From the NCBI GenBank assembly GCA_026770705.1, contig JANJGN010000016.1:111848001-111912000 (forward strand): 64,000 nucleotides of DNA, written 5' to 3'. Made by a program: the position numbers and the translations under genes. This stretch comes from Isurus oxyrinchus. Taxonomy: Eukaryota. Below the pieces are notes generated by a model that saw nothing but the letters and a program-made list of their open reading frames with translations, was not told where the DNA came from and made no database searches. Positions 1 through 13,094 of this stretch are shown piece after piece; within the stretch, counting starts at the first letter, position 1; every line of letters starts with the position of its first letter.

Positions 1-824
1 ACAGTTTGAGACTGAGAGACACAATGTAGTATCTGGTTAACAGCATAACCAGAATTAAAATTAAAGTCTAGACTCTTGTATTAAAGGCAGAGCAGAATTA
101 TTTCCCTGAAGTTACCTAGTGCTGGCGTTAGATTGGGAGTACTGGTACCTGGAAATTATAGGTATCATATTTTATTGTGGTTCAATATTCAATTATAAAC
201 AGGGTGTTTTACCAATAGCCTGGCCAGCATTAATTCCTCTCTTGAATATCACCAAAATCAGAATAATTGGTCACTCATCTCTCAACTATTTGTGACTTTG
301 ATACACACAAACCAGCTGCTACACTTCAAAGGTATACTGAAACACTTTTGAAAGTGCTGAGGACATGAGATGGTGTATAAATGTAAATTCTTGATTATCT
401 TTATCACTATCACAGACATATAACCAATACTTCATCCTAATGTTACATGGCTCAAAATTTTTTCAAGGCAACATTAACTTGGAAAGATTAAATCTAACAA
501 TAGCGTTGAATGATTCTTCCCCCAAAGGTCAAATCAATGCCGTATAAACATTTTTATGCACCCACGATAGGTACCTCAAATCCAGCTACCCAAAGTCCTC
601 CGGTGTCTGAAAACCAGACATTTTTGTGGTAGAGAACGTTACTATTTGAGCCATTACACACTAGTTTTTGTTTGTTTGAAAAATGCTTTCCCAGTTGAAT
701 GTCCACAAGGAAAACAGTAATATCAATATAAGTAACCGGATATGATTGAAATGGCATGTTGGTCAGGCATTGTATAGGTTGAGCCTCACCATGGATCAGT
801 TTTAGCTTACAGCACAAGGAACTT

Positions 825-960
825 AGATTTTTGACTAACCAGGGAGTCAAAGGTTATTGGGTGGGAATCTGGAGTTGAGGCCACAATCAGATCAGCCATG
901 ATCTTATCAGCGGGCTGGAGGGGACAAATGGCCTACTCCAGTTCCTAATTCATATGGTTT
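825..960 (+). mobile_element. CR1-type LINE 3' end
   Basis: Tail gatcagccatgatc...aatggcctactcc shared with other copies (3860-3930, 13690-13770). Confidence 0.75.
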
Positions 961-1499
961 GTATCATTGCTTGTTCCCTCCAACTCAGATTGGCAGCACG
1001 CCCTCAAAATGTAAAAAGTCCATTACAAAACTGCTAACTGAAGATCGATATTGTATGAGAGCTGGATATAAACCTGATACATTGAACTCTGTGACTGAAC
1101 CTACTGCATGGCAACAAAGTGGATTATTTTGAATGACACGCGAGGTTGGAAATCCAAAATCTGGGAAAATCCAAAGTCTGGCATGGTCCTGATCCAAAGG
1201 GTGCTTGATTTGGGGCACTGTACCAGTATTATGTGTTTACTGAAATCCTGGCATCAATACAAGGGCTTAATTGTGACATTAATTCTAAATAGTCGTAAAT
1301 ATGAAGAAAAATATGGAAAGGAGGCTCTATTTTACTTTATGTTCAGTTATTGTTCAAATAATGGACCAATGCAACACTTAAAAGATCAATGCCACCACTG
1401 AACTTAACTGAGATAATGTCTCCGTTCAAGTAAAGGGGATGCAAAAGTACCTTTGAATATTATCTAATTTAAAATTAAAATAGATCATTTTGCAGTGTT

Positions 1500-2950
1500 G
1501 AACATGTCCCTTCTAATTGGACAGACTGGAATACCAAGATATCCCACCCTGTTTTAGTTGCGCTGTATTCAAAGCTGAATACAAGCCTGGAGGTTGGACA
1601 TGGGTCTTTGATGGAGGCTTCTTCTTACTGCTGCTCCATGTGCAGCTCACTACCTAAGATGGCTGCTGCATCATGTGACATTGCATTATCTTCTGTGCTG
1701 ACAACTATTTACATAATCACATATTTAAATGAGTTTATCTTACACATTAGCAAGCAGACTATTACAACCTCCCCCCTTGAATAAAAAAAGCTCAATATAA
1801 TCTAACATACGTACATGAACTACCTTCAAGAAGAGTTTTTTTTTAAATCAAAAGGTGTGCAAGTTGAAGAATAAAAGGAATAATTAATAAACATTAGAAA
1901 CATGACAGATGAATTTTACTGTAGGTCATAAATCAGTTCCTAAATCAACCCAGGTGGGGTTAGTCCAGCACCCTTATAATTGAAAATGATCTGAAGAGTC
2001 CAATGTTGTGTTTTGTAGAAACCTAATATAATTGAAGTGACAAGTCCACAAACAGTAGCAAAATAAGCTTGTTTGTGGGCCAATAAGGGTTCAACACTTG
2101 ATAAACAAACTACAAGTATAAAACTGAGTAGTTATTCTACAAAGCTTTATTCATGTTTCTTATGCCTCATTTAGGGTTTGTGCATCTAACATTATGTTTG
2201 GAAATAAAGCTTTAAACATTACAGCTGAATTGCTTACAAGGTTCAACAAGACAATATTCTCTAAGTTTGTCCCTCAATTTCTAACAGTATCTCCCTCCTT
2301 CATGGAGGGTTAGTAGATTGTGCTTCTGATGTGCCCCAGGTTCCAGTGACATTGGCTTTTTCTCCAATGAAGGGGGCATAGCACTTTACTAACTGTGGAG
2401 AGCTTCTTTTGGTATAAAAGTAGCCGAGTGCTTTGAGATTCAACGGTTTGCTTGATCAGTGCAGCAGGAAAGCTGAACAGCAGATCCAGAACTCAATCTG
2501 GACCTTAGAGTCATATGGACTCGAAACGTTAACTGTGTTCCTCTCCGCAGATGCTGTCAGACCTGCTGAGTTTTTCCAGGTATTTTTATTTTGGATTTCC
2601 AGCATCTGCAGTTTTTTGCTTTTATCTTTGGACCTTCAATAGTAAAAGTCACTCTTGAGAGCATTCCTACCAAATACAATGGCTTCAAAATTATATTTAT
2701 TCTGTTTACTCCTGGGTGCTGGTAATGTCAAATAGATGTCAAAAAGACCCAGTCTTCTCAAACTTTTAAGCAGCACAGACGAAACATCATGATTTTTGTG
2801 TTCACACAAGCAGGGAAAAGCCATTAGACCCAAGAATCTCTGCTCTTTTTGGTCAGGCTATCTCAACTTTTCATCAGGAGATTCAATTCTTTCTACAGAA
2901 AGGTAATCAACTGCCTCCTTAACGCTTCTTTTGTTTCTTCACATTTCCCT
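1500..2950 (-). mobile_element. Highly decayed LTR-retrotransposon remnant
   Basis: Minus-strand PPT aaggggggagg followed by TGTAAT (LTR start at 1766). Weak gag-like peptide in ORF 2636-2833. Boundaries are uncertain. Confidence 0.4.
2507..2628 (+). mobile_element. Short Penelope-like terminal-repeat insertion
   Basis: Near-identical to 47674-47800. Flanked by direct repeat tggacctt (2499-2506 / 2629-2636). Starts with gagtc-atatg-gactc-GAAACGTT. Confidence 0.7.
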
Positions 2951-3319
2951 TTACCAGCACCACCCCTATCCCCCCAACCCCCGTTTACCTGAGCTAGAGT
3001 TTTCCACACATGCCAGCAACTTTCCGCTACTTCATGCATGGAGCCATTCATAACATTGAGCCTAGATAACAGGTGTTAACAAGATATTCAATCATGGATG
3101 GCCATGATACCGAGCCCATTACCACCATCTCCATCTGCAATGTCCAGCAGAATGCCACTGGATAGCAACTCAGAGTGGAAGAAAGTAACCCCTCTCCATT
3201 AAACTACATATAGGTGGATTCTGCATATACATGCAATGATTAAAACGGGCAGAGCCACTCTTCCCCAACCCCTATTCTATCCAAGCCACCTAACAAACGT
3301 TTCTTTTAAAATGAGATTG

Positions 3320-3935
3320 AAATTATGCAATCGCATGCTGGCATTTTTGGAAAGAGCTATAGAAGAAACTTACTTTAAAATAAAAAAAAACTGCACACTG
3401 ATAATCTCAACACCTGCTTACTATAATTTCTGAAAAGGATATGCTTGCCATAGAAGGAGAGCAATGCAGGTTCACCAGATTAATCCCTGGGATGGTAGGA
3501 TTGCCTTACAAGGAGATTGGGTCTGTATTCCCTAGAGTTTTGAAGAATGAGAGGTGACCTCATTGAAACTTACAAAATTCTTACAGGGTGTGACCAGAGT
3601 GGATGTAGATAAGATGCTTCCCTTGTTGAGTCTAAAATCAGGGGACATAATCTCAGGATAAGGGGTAGGCCATTCTGGACTGAGATGAGAAGGAATTTCT
3701 TCACTCAGAGGGTGGTGAATCTTTGGAATTCTCTACTCCAGGGGGCTGTGGAAGCTCAATCATTGAGCATGTTCAAGGGGGAAATTGCTAAGAATTTTGG
3801 AGACCAATGACATCAAGGAATGTGGAGGTAGTGTGGGAAAGTGGCATTGAGGTAGATGATTAGCCACGATCAAGTTGAATGGCGGAGGAGGCTCGACAGG
3901 ACAAATGGCCTACTCCTGTTCCTATGTTCCTAAAT
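3320..3935 (+). mobile_element. CR1-type LINE 3' fragment
   Basis: ORF2 C-terminal motifs (R.RGDLIETYKIL.G; R.NFFTQRVVNLWNSL) and tail ggcctactcctgttcctatgttcct. Confidence 0.85.
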
Positions 3936-6900
3936 GTACACAATCAGCAACTTGGGTAGAAACTGGGGAATTCAAATGACAAATTGAGCAACCAGTTTAT
4001 GAAACTAGCTACCTCCTCTAATAGCTTAGTGGCTAAATGTGCAAGCTAAGTGGGCACTCAAAAAAAAAAGATGCCAAAGATCAGTGGGAATATGTGAAAC
4101 TATATCCTACTATAACATAATAAGATTTTTTGGCAGAGAGAAGGCAGAAAGAGATAGACAGCCAGGCGTAAAGAGAAGAGGCAGAGAGAAGGCTAGAAAT
4201 CTGGAAAGACCAAAGTAGAAAGACCAAGTGGCTCACCACCACCTTCTGAAGGGCAATTAGAGTTGGACAATAAATGATGGCCTAACCAGCAACACCCACA
4301 TCACTTGAAAGAATTAAAACAAAGAAATCCCTCGGGCATTCATACCCAGACCAAGTTGAAATTCTATCAGAATCTAGCAACTTTAATTCAATGAACTGTC
4401 ATTAAAATAGATAAAATAATAATATTAAAGCAGTCACCATGCATCAACTGCAGCTTCAAAATGAATTTACAGAAAGCAACAGGGCAAGGGTTATCAATCA
4501 GTGTGCAGTAAGATCTGTGATAGCTCCCTGATGCTTTGTATAGCTGGGGAATCTGCTGAAATGAATTACACGTTCCATCGAGCAGGATACACATCTCACC
4601 TTTACCAAGTTCTAAACACTCCTGATTAATTTCATGTCCAAGAATTCACCTCCAATCTACCACATACCAGGGAACCTATGCTCACATCTGGATCTGTCAA
4701 ATCAAGGCTATTGTCAGGATATTACAATTTAATTCGATCTCAGTTCCACAATAAAACAGGCTCATCTTGAAAACTAGTTCCTCTATGACCACATTATATT
4801 AAATGTGGTCAATCTCCCAAAAAACTTAGACAATCTTCAATTATAAATCTTATAATCTCATCTGCATGTTTACACTTTCCATATGCATCCTGTAGTAAGA
4901 CAACAGGAGTGTGCTCAAGCAATATTAATCTACATCCTATAAGGATCTAAAATTATGATAATTTATACTGCTTGTAATAAGCTGTTATAGAAGAAAATCT
5001 GAGCATTTTTGCTAAATGGCAAGAACAAACCACCCAACTACTCCAAAATCTGTGGCATGGTTTAAAGAAATGTTAAAACTCTACGGATGATTTGGCACCA
5101 AATTCTGTTTCAATAGGAAACAGACATGACCGGCGCCCAGCACAGCAGCTGCAGAAAACGAGTTCATCAAGAGATCCTATAATCAGTGCATTCCAACTCC
5201 CATCTTTATGGGCTGAATGGTGCAATAACATAGAAACATGTTCCCAAAAAAATACAACTGCAGAGCAGCAGTTATAATTGCAGAGCAGGAGTGGCACGAA
5301 TTCAAATGATGCTCCGTGTTTACTACAACAGATATTCAAAAGTACTGTGATAGCCTCAACCCACACAGGAATCCTCCAGTTGTTGCAGTCTCAACTACAA
5401 GTAAAAAGCTGAAGAACCTCAAAGCTTTTACTGCACCCAGCATCGACCCTACACCTGCCTTTTCATATCTTGGTTTGTGCATTAGAGTTTCAAAGGGTGT
5501 GTGCTATAAATATGGAAAGCAAAGGGGAAAAAAAACATGCAGCTTTGAGAGATTTGGTTTCCTGTGTATTAAAAAAATATTTTATCCATCTGACAATTTC
5601 CTGATATTCAACTTAAAAGCAACCTCTTCAGCACATGTTCTGTTTTTCAAAACAAAGGAATTAAAACCTCAAACATAGAACAATTTTTCCTCTTTTCTCA
5701 TAACCCACTCCCCATTTTAGAATACTTCACACCACTGACTCGTGACCCACTCTTAAGGGTCGATTTAAAAAAAATTGGTGCTAGAGACAGACTCTTGAAC
5801 AAAATAAGAAAAATTAATTATAATGGGCTTTAACCAGGTCTTCCCCTTGCTCTATGTCTTACATCCGCACTTGACATCAAGGCTAAAATCAGGAACTAAT
5901 CTCAAGGGCAACTGTAGTCAGAGGCCTGCTATTTAACACATTTCTCTCTCACCCCTCCCCCTTGCACTATTAAGTCAACGTGAGGAAACAACACTCGCAC
6001 TGGCCAAATGACCGACAGAGACGACATGCATGCTATTTTTCCTTGATACACTTTTTACCCCCTCACCCATTAAGTATTCAGCGCCTCCAGAACTCTATTC
6101 ATTACCAAACACTCAAATTGCATTTCACCATCCTTCAGGTGCGCAGCACTTTCAGCACTGCAGTGCCTAAGTTCCATATTAATTTCTGTCTGCTATGCTA
6201 TCTATTGAACTCTTACAGCAATACATTTTGCATTATGTTCAGTCCCATCCAGATCTTCATGAGCTTGCTTTCAATCCCAGTTTGTAGTTCCAATGACCCT
6301 GACCTTCCACTTCATCCTTTTGGGTTTTCTCATGTATCACTATTTTAATAAACCACAGAAATAAAACCATTCACCAACTGTCCTGCTGTCTTGGTGCAAC
6401 AATACTTGTTTTAAGAGCTGACTATCAGCATGATTCAAGTTCTTTAGGCAGAAAAGCTTTGCACGAAATTATTTTCAAATGAATGGTATTAAAATGACAA
6501 AAAAATTCAAACAGTACCAGAGACAAGTTTCTGACCTAAATAAGATAAATAGTAATGATCTTTTATCAAGTGAGCCAATCAAACACGTTGTGGGGATTTG
6601 TAGTTTTTTTTTACACTTCTTTTTAATTGTTACAGGAGAAGAGGTTTAATATTACCTAAAATACAGTTCCATTCTCTAGGTTAAGCAGCAATGAGCTATG
6701 ACTCAAGAGTGCTAAGTTTCCAGGCTGTGCTCTAGCCACGCCCTCAGCATGGACAGGATGTGATTGTGCATTTCCAATTTCCTACACAATAGAGCCCTAC
6801 TCTCAGCTGTACTCTTGAGAGACAGGGTGACAGTGCTCCATGGAAAGGAAACTGCGATGCTTGACCCCTCACACACAAACAGAGCTGTAGCCAGCTCAGC

Positions 6901-8129
6901 TTTCATTTCACACATTGTTTTGAAGTTAGAAAATGAGCTTCCCGGGCATGTGCAAAGTCAAAAAAAAACTTCCAACTCTGCATCATAACACCATTAATAA
7001 ATTAAAAGGGCACAAATGTATTCATCAAAGCAGAAAAAGAAAACTATGTAAAAGACTCAGATATGATTCTCGTGCAGCATTAAATTATAAATAGAAAATC
7101 ATTTGCTGTTCCTAGTGTGACCATTGGACAAAAAAAGTTGATTGTTTGTGATAATTGATCTAGAATTATTAGCAAACATAATTACAAGCAGAACTCGGAG
7201 AGCCTCACACTTATACAAAAAGATCACACACTAGTGTGCAGATAACACAGGCTGTGCAATTCCTCCCCCCATAGAAATTTAAAATAACTTCTCAGCATTG
7301 GCATTACTGAACAGTCTAGCGATTACGCATCAGCCAAGCAGCAAGCAAATTCCATCTGTCATTTGAGAAAAATCATGCAATTCTACACAAAGGGCAAAAT
7401 TTTCAATAATGAAGCACAGTTGAGAAGCACACTAGAACTTGTTACTGCCGGCTCTTTTTAAAAAAAAGTAGTATCTTTTCAACGAAAGCATTTGTTTGCA
7501 ATCATTCTGCACATCGTCATCGATGAGGGCTGCACTTCTTTGTTAAGTTTTCAACTTATTCCAATGAAACTTTTGATCCTCTCCATCCTGCGTATCGAGG
7601 AGGACCTCTCCTTGGCTTTCAGAGATGGAGGCGGCCAATGGTTTTCTTTAAGGTTCTGACCAATATGCTTTGAACTTGTACAACTGAAAAGAAAGAAAAA
7701 CTAATCCAGAAACCAAAGGGGTGTGAAGTTTATGAAAAGTCAGGTCATATCTGACATGGTAACAAACCAGATCTATGGGAAAGGTCAAATGGCTTCCTTC
7801 TGTGCTCTCTGGTTCAAGTGCTCTTAATCCCACATCGTACTGAAGAGTCCCTAAGAATCCTCGATGTAGGTTCACAAACCTATACACATAATATCTCTTG
7901 TTCCATATCCACATGAATGTCTTTTCTTTTCATGCTCCATATTAAGATAACCTCCAGTCATGTGCCATCTCAAAAAATACATCTAACTTAATTTCATTCG
8001 TGAATTAAGGACAATAAACTGTTTCCTGAGGCAGGAAAGGAAAATGTCATAAAATCACAGGTTATGATTCTCACATAGTCTCAGCTTGCTGAAACAAGCA
8101 GGAACCCACAAAATAAACTCATTGAAACA

Positions 8130-8335
8130 AAGATGTGAGGGGGCTTCACAGGATAGATGCTAAGAGGATATTTCCACAACAAGAAAATCTAGAACTAGGG
8201 GACATGGTCTTAGACTAACGGAAATAATCCCTTCAATTGAGATGGGGGGGAACCTTCTTCACTTAGACAGTTGTGAACCTTTGGAATTCTCTACCCCAGA
8301 GGGTTGTCGACACTCAGTTGTTCAGTATATTCTGT
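8130..8335 (+). mobile_element. CR1-type LINE fragment
   Basis: gtgaacctttggaattctctaccccagagg (VNLWNSLPQ), homologous to 3710-3750. Confidence 0.7.
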
Positions 8336-8594
8336 GTCCATAACCAGAGAAGTGAACATGGCCACTGAGTTAGATCATGGTGTTTGAGGAGACCCCACAA
8401 ATTTTGGTTTAAGAACCAATTTTCAACTGGCATTTGTTTAGAATGAATTTGAGAACCTGCTCCCTGAATTTACATGACTACATCGGTCTTCCTTACCCTT
8501 GTAGCAGAACCAAAGATCCACAAAAGGCTTGATAATAAATTCTGCTGCAGGGAAATAACTTAAGATTTATTAGTGTAAATGTAAAGAAGAAGAA

Positions 8595-9005
8595 AATGAT
8601 CTTTCATTTATATAGCACTTTTCACGATCACCAGATATCTCAAAACACTTTACAGTCAACTAACTACTTTTTAAAAAAAATCTACTCTGTTGTAGTGCAG
8701 GAAATGCAGCAGCCAATTTGCACATAGAAAACGCCCACAAACAACAATGTGTTAATGACCAGATAATCTGGTTTTGTCATGTTGATTGAGGGATAAATAT
8801 TGGCCACCACATCGGGGGTAACTCACTTGCTTTTGTTCAAAATAGCACCATTGGATCTTTTACTTCCACCTGAGAGGGTAGATGGGGCCTCAGTTTAACG
8901 TATCATCCAAAAGACAACACCTCTTGACAGCACAGCATACCGTCAGAACTGGAATGTCAGCTTTGATCTTTGTGTCCAAGTCCTGAAGCGGGACTGGAAT
9001 CCAGA
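8595..9005 (-). mobile_element. Deu-domain tRNA-derived SINE (SacSINE1/AmnSINE-like)
   Basis: Reverse complement of the copy at 15100-15510. Core gatgatacgttaaactgaggcccc, tail gctatataaatg. Confidence 0.7.
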
Positions 9006-9499
9006 ATCCAAAAAAGGTGAAAGACGATAATGAAGAATTTTATGTTTTAATTCAGATGGCATCAGCATCATAACTTCCAACTTATTGCCTCATAACTCTG
9101 CCTATCACGAGAACAGGGTCAAAAACTAGTACACCTAACTAACGCAACTAACTTAGATTAGGTCAGAGAAAGAAAGAAGATGGAAAACAGGAAGGAGTAA
9201 AGCGCTTCAATGACTGCACTAAGTATTACTGACAGAAGTTTATAGCAAGCACAAATACACTTTGATCTGCAGCCAGTAAACCTTGAACCACAGCTCCCCC
9301 TTTTCATACATAATTCTCTCCACCCTTACTGATGTGAAGTTAGGAGCGTGCAATCAGTTTGAGCAATACAATAGCCTACACCATCTCCCCACCATGATCT
9401 GCAAATTAGAGGGGCCACATCCCAAGAGGAGGGGCAATCCTAGCTTCTACACAAGAGGCTGCTGGCAACAATTAAAGCTCATGAAATTGACATGAAAAT

Positions 9500-10720
9500 T
9501 ATTAATTGGTTAGGTTGTAGAAGACATATCATACAGATTATGTGTATGTATTCAAATTGTAAGGATGTGACTAGTTGGATCCCATGAGGATCTGTGCTGG
9601 GGCCTCAACTATTCACTATATTTATTACCAACTAAAAGAATAGAATCAGGCACATGGGAACACCACCATCTTCAACTAAACAACATCCTGACTTGGAAAT
9701 ATATTGCTATTTCTTCATCAACGCTGATCAAAATCCTGGAACTTGCTACAGCTGCGCTGTGGGCGCACCTGCAATACATGGGACTGCGGCAGTTCAAGAA
9801 GGCAGATCACCACCATTTACTGGAGGGCAATAAATGCTGGCTTTGCCAGATACACCCACATACCATGAACAATTAAATAAAAGAATCACGTATCCAAGTT
9901 TGCTGATGACAAAATAGATAACGTAGAGGGGAATGTAATATTACAAAGAGTGACTGATAGATCAAGTGAACATACTTGTGGCAGATGGATTTGAATGCAA
10001 ACACACACAGGGGTCACTCTTTTGCAGCCCAGCATAAAGCTAGGAACAGTGGGGATTCAGAGAGATCTAGGGTTCCATAAACACAGATCACAAACAGGTT
10101 ATATTTATGTACAAAAAATGACTAATAGAATGTTGGCCTTCATAAAGAAAGGACTGGAAAACAAAAGGGAAGAATTTTAGCTACAGCTATATAAAGCTTT
10201 AGTTAGACCACATCTGGGGTAGCCATCATCCTCAAACCGAGTGATGTCCGAGGACAACAGATCTTACCATCATACCTTAAAAGGAATATACTGGTCTTGG
10301 ATGCGGTGCAGTCTAGATTCACCAGAATGTTACCAGGGCTCCAACAGATACTGATTATGACAAGAGACTGCATAAAATAGACTTATATTCCATGAAACAG
10401 AGAAGTTAAGGGGTAATTTGATGGAGGTTTCAGGTTTTTAAAAAGGGAATAATAGGGCAGATAGAGAGAAACTTTTTCCACTGGTAGGGGTCAAGGACAA
10501 GGGGACATAACCTCATAACCTTAAAATCAGAGCCATGCCATTCAAGAGAGAAGCTAAGGCATACTTCTTCATGCAAAGGATGGAAGTGTGGAACATACTC
10601 CCACGAAGTGCAATTACTAATGCTAAATATGAGATTGACAGATCTTTGCTAGGCAAGGGCATAAAAGGACAAGGAGCCAATGCAAGTGGATGGAGTTAAG
10701 ACACAGGTCAGTTCAGAGTG
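9500..10720 (+). mobile_element. Decayed CR1-type LINE ORF2 (with a second-family tail inserted at ~9645-9880)
   Basis: RT remnants (GSVLGPQLFTIFI; SKFADDK; LYKALVRPHL) broken by frameshifts. Confidence 0.8.
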
Positions 10721-12880
10721 TAGAAGAGCATGCAGGGAGCAATACCAGGTATATTTAAAAATGAGGTGCCAACATGGTGAAGCTACAATATTCAAGTTAG
10801 ACAGTAGAAACGGCTTGCTATAGGCAGAGTTAAGTGTTCCCACAACCAGTAGATCAGATTTAAGCTCTGCAGGCTTGCCACACACAGTCATGAATGATAG
10901 TGCACAATTAAACAATTAACTGGAGGAAGAGGCTCCACAAACATCCTCAATGATGGAGGAGCCCAGTTCGTCAGTGCCTAACAAAGGTTGAAGCACTTGC
11001 AACCATCTTCAACCAGAAATGCTGGGCAGGATCATCCACCCTGGTCTCCTCCTAAGGTGCCCAGCATTACAAGTGCTACACTTCAGCTAATTCAATTCAC
11101 TCCATACGACATGAAGAAACAGCTGAAGGTACTGAATCAAGCAAAGTCTACCAACGCAAACAACATCCCAGATCTTTTCTCCAGAAGTAGCCACATCCCT
11201 AGCTGACCTATTCCATTATAACTGCAACTCTGGTATCTATCAGACAATGTGGAAAATTGCCCAAGTCTGTCCTGTCCACGAAATGCAGGACAAATCCAAT
11301 TCAGCCAATTACCATCCTAGTGTACTCTCAATCATCAAAGTGATGAAAAGTGTTGCCAATACGCGGCACTCACTGTGATGACCTGCTCATCAATGCTCAC
11401 TTTAGGCTCTGCCAGGGTCACTCGGCTCCAGAGCTCATTACAGCCTTGCTCCAAACATGAGGAAAAAAGTTTTATTTCGGAGAAGTGGTGAGAGTGACTG
11501 CCCTCAACATCAAGGCAGCACCTGACCTAGTGTGGCATCAAAGAGCCCTGGCAAAATTGGAAGTCAATAGAAATTGGAGGAAAACTCTCCATTGGTTGCA
11601 ATCACACATAGCACAAAAAGATGGTTGTGGTTTGTGGGAGACCAATCATTCTGGCCCAACACATTGCTGCAGGAGCTTTTCAAGGCAGGTGGGCCCAACT
11701 GACTGCAGTTGATTATCAATGGCCTATCCTCCAACGTAAGGTCATGATAAGAGTGCTTGGCCTAAATAGCCAAGTGGTTATGGTACTGGGTTTGTAACCC
11801 CAAGATTGAGAGTTCAAATCTCACAATGGCAAAACTATGAAACAATGTAACTTCATCTGAAACAGATGGAAATGGGTTTGTGCTCGAAAGAGTATCAAGA
11901 GTTCAAATCTCACAATGGCAACTATGAAACAATGTAACTTCATCTGAATAAACAGATGGAAACGGGTTTGTACTCAAAAGAGTTACAATCTGTGTCCTGT
12001 GTCTTTCTTGGAAAGGTATGAACTCACCACAGGGAGAAAGCTCCTGTTCTTATAAGGTCAAAAGTGCACTGATGATTGCAGTGTTCAGTACCATTTGCAG
12101 CTCCTCAGATACTCCAGCAGTCAGTGTCCATACATAGTAAGATCCGGACAACATTCAGGCTTGGGCTAAGTGGCAAATAACAGCTGTGTCACACAAGTGT
12201 CAGACAACGATCATATCCAACAAGCGAGAATCTAACCATCTCCCGTTGACATTCAATAGCCCACTATCAACATTCTGGGGGTTACAACTGAACAGAGAGT
12301 GAACTGGACCAGCCATATAAAAACTGTGGTTACAAAAGTAGGTCAAAGGCTGGGAATTCTTCAGCAAGTAACTCAACTCCTGACTCTCCAAAGCCTGCCC
12401 ACCATCTACACCGCACAAGTCAGGTCTGAGATGAAAAACTCTCCACTTGCCTAGAGGACTGCAGTTCCAACAACACTCGAGAAGCTCGACAACATCTAGA
12501 ACAAAGCAGCCAGCTTAACTGGCGCTCCCTCCACCATCAGCACATTGCAGCAGTGTACACCACCACCAAGACGCAATCCAGCAATGCACTAAGCTTCCTT
12601 CAAGAGCACCTTTCAAACAAGTCCTCTCTACGTGCCAGTTCCCCCCCCACCAAGTCACACACCATCCCAACTTGAAACTCTATCGCCACTCCTTCACTGT
12701 CAAGGCATGAAAATCCTGGAACTCACTCCCTAATAGTATGGTGGATCTACTGACATCACATGGACTGCAATGGTTAAGGCAGTGACTCAACACCATCTTC
12801 ACAAGGGCAATTAGGGATGGGCAATAAATGCTGGCCTTGTCAGCAACACCCACATCCCATCAACAAATAAAAAAAAAGCC
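10720..12880 (+). mobile_element. Second-family non-LTR LINE (CR1/L2 group), 5'-truncated, decayed
   Basis: RT motif remnant RVTALNIKAAPDLVWHQRALAKL (ORF 11485). 3' tail gggcaattagggatgggcaataaatgctggcc followed by an A-tract. Confidence 0.82.
11745..12055 (+). mobile_element. TSD-flanked insertion with tRNA-like head and 89-bp internal tandem duplication
   Basis: Interrupts the host LINE RT region, with direct repeat (taa)ggtca on both sides. A box tagccaagtgg, B box gagttcaaatc, TGT anticodon-like loop. Confidence 0.75.
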
Positions 12881-13094
12881 TCAATCCCACCGAAAGGGCA
12901 AACAGGTTCACAAGGCCGAAACAAAAAGCAGTCAACCTTGGACAACTTTGCTATAATCAAACCTTTGAACTTTACATCAAGAATCAAAAGAAACCACTCT
13001 CTCAAAGCAATATCAATTATATTGATTTGATACCAAAAGTACCAGTAGAAGCCAAGACCAAGGAATAAAATATTTGAACCATCACCACAGGTCC

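Noticed and set aside
11759-11831. Functional tRNA-Thr gene
   Set aside because: Acceptor and anticodon stems pair poorly, and it lies inside a TSD-flanked mobile insert.
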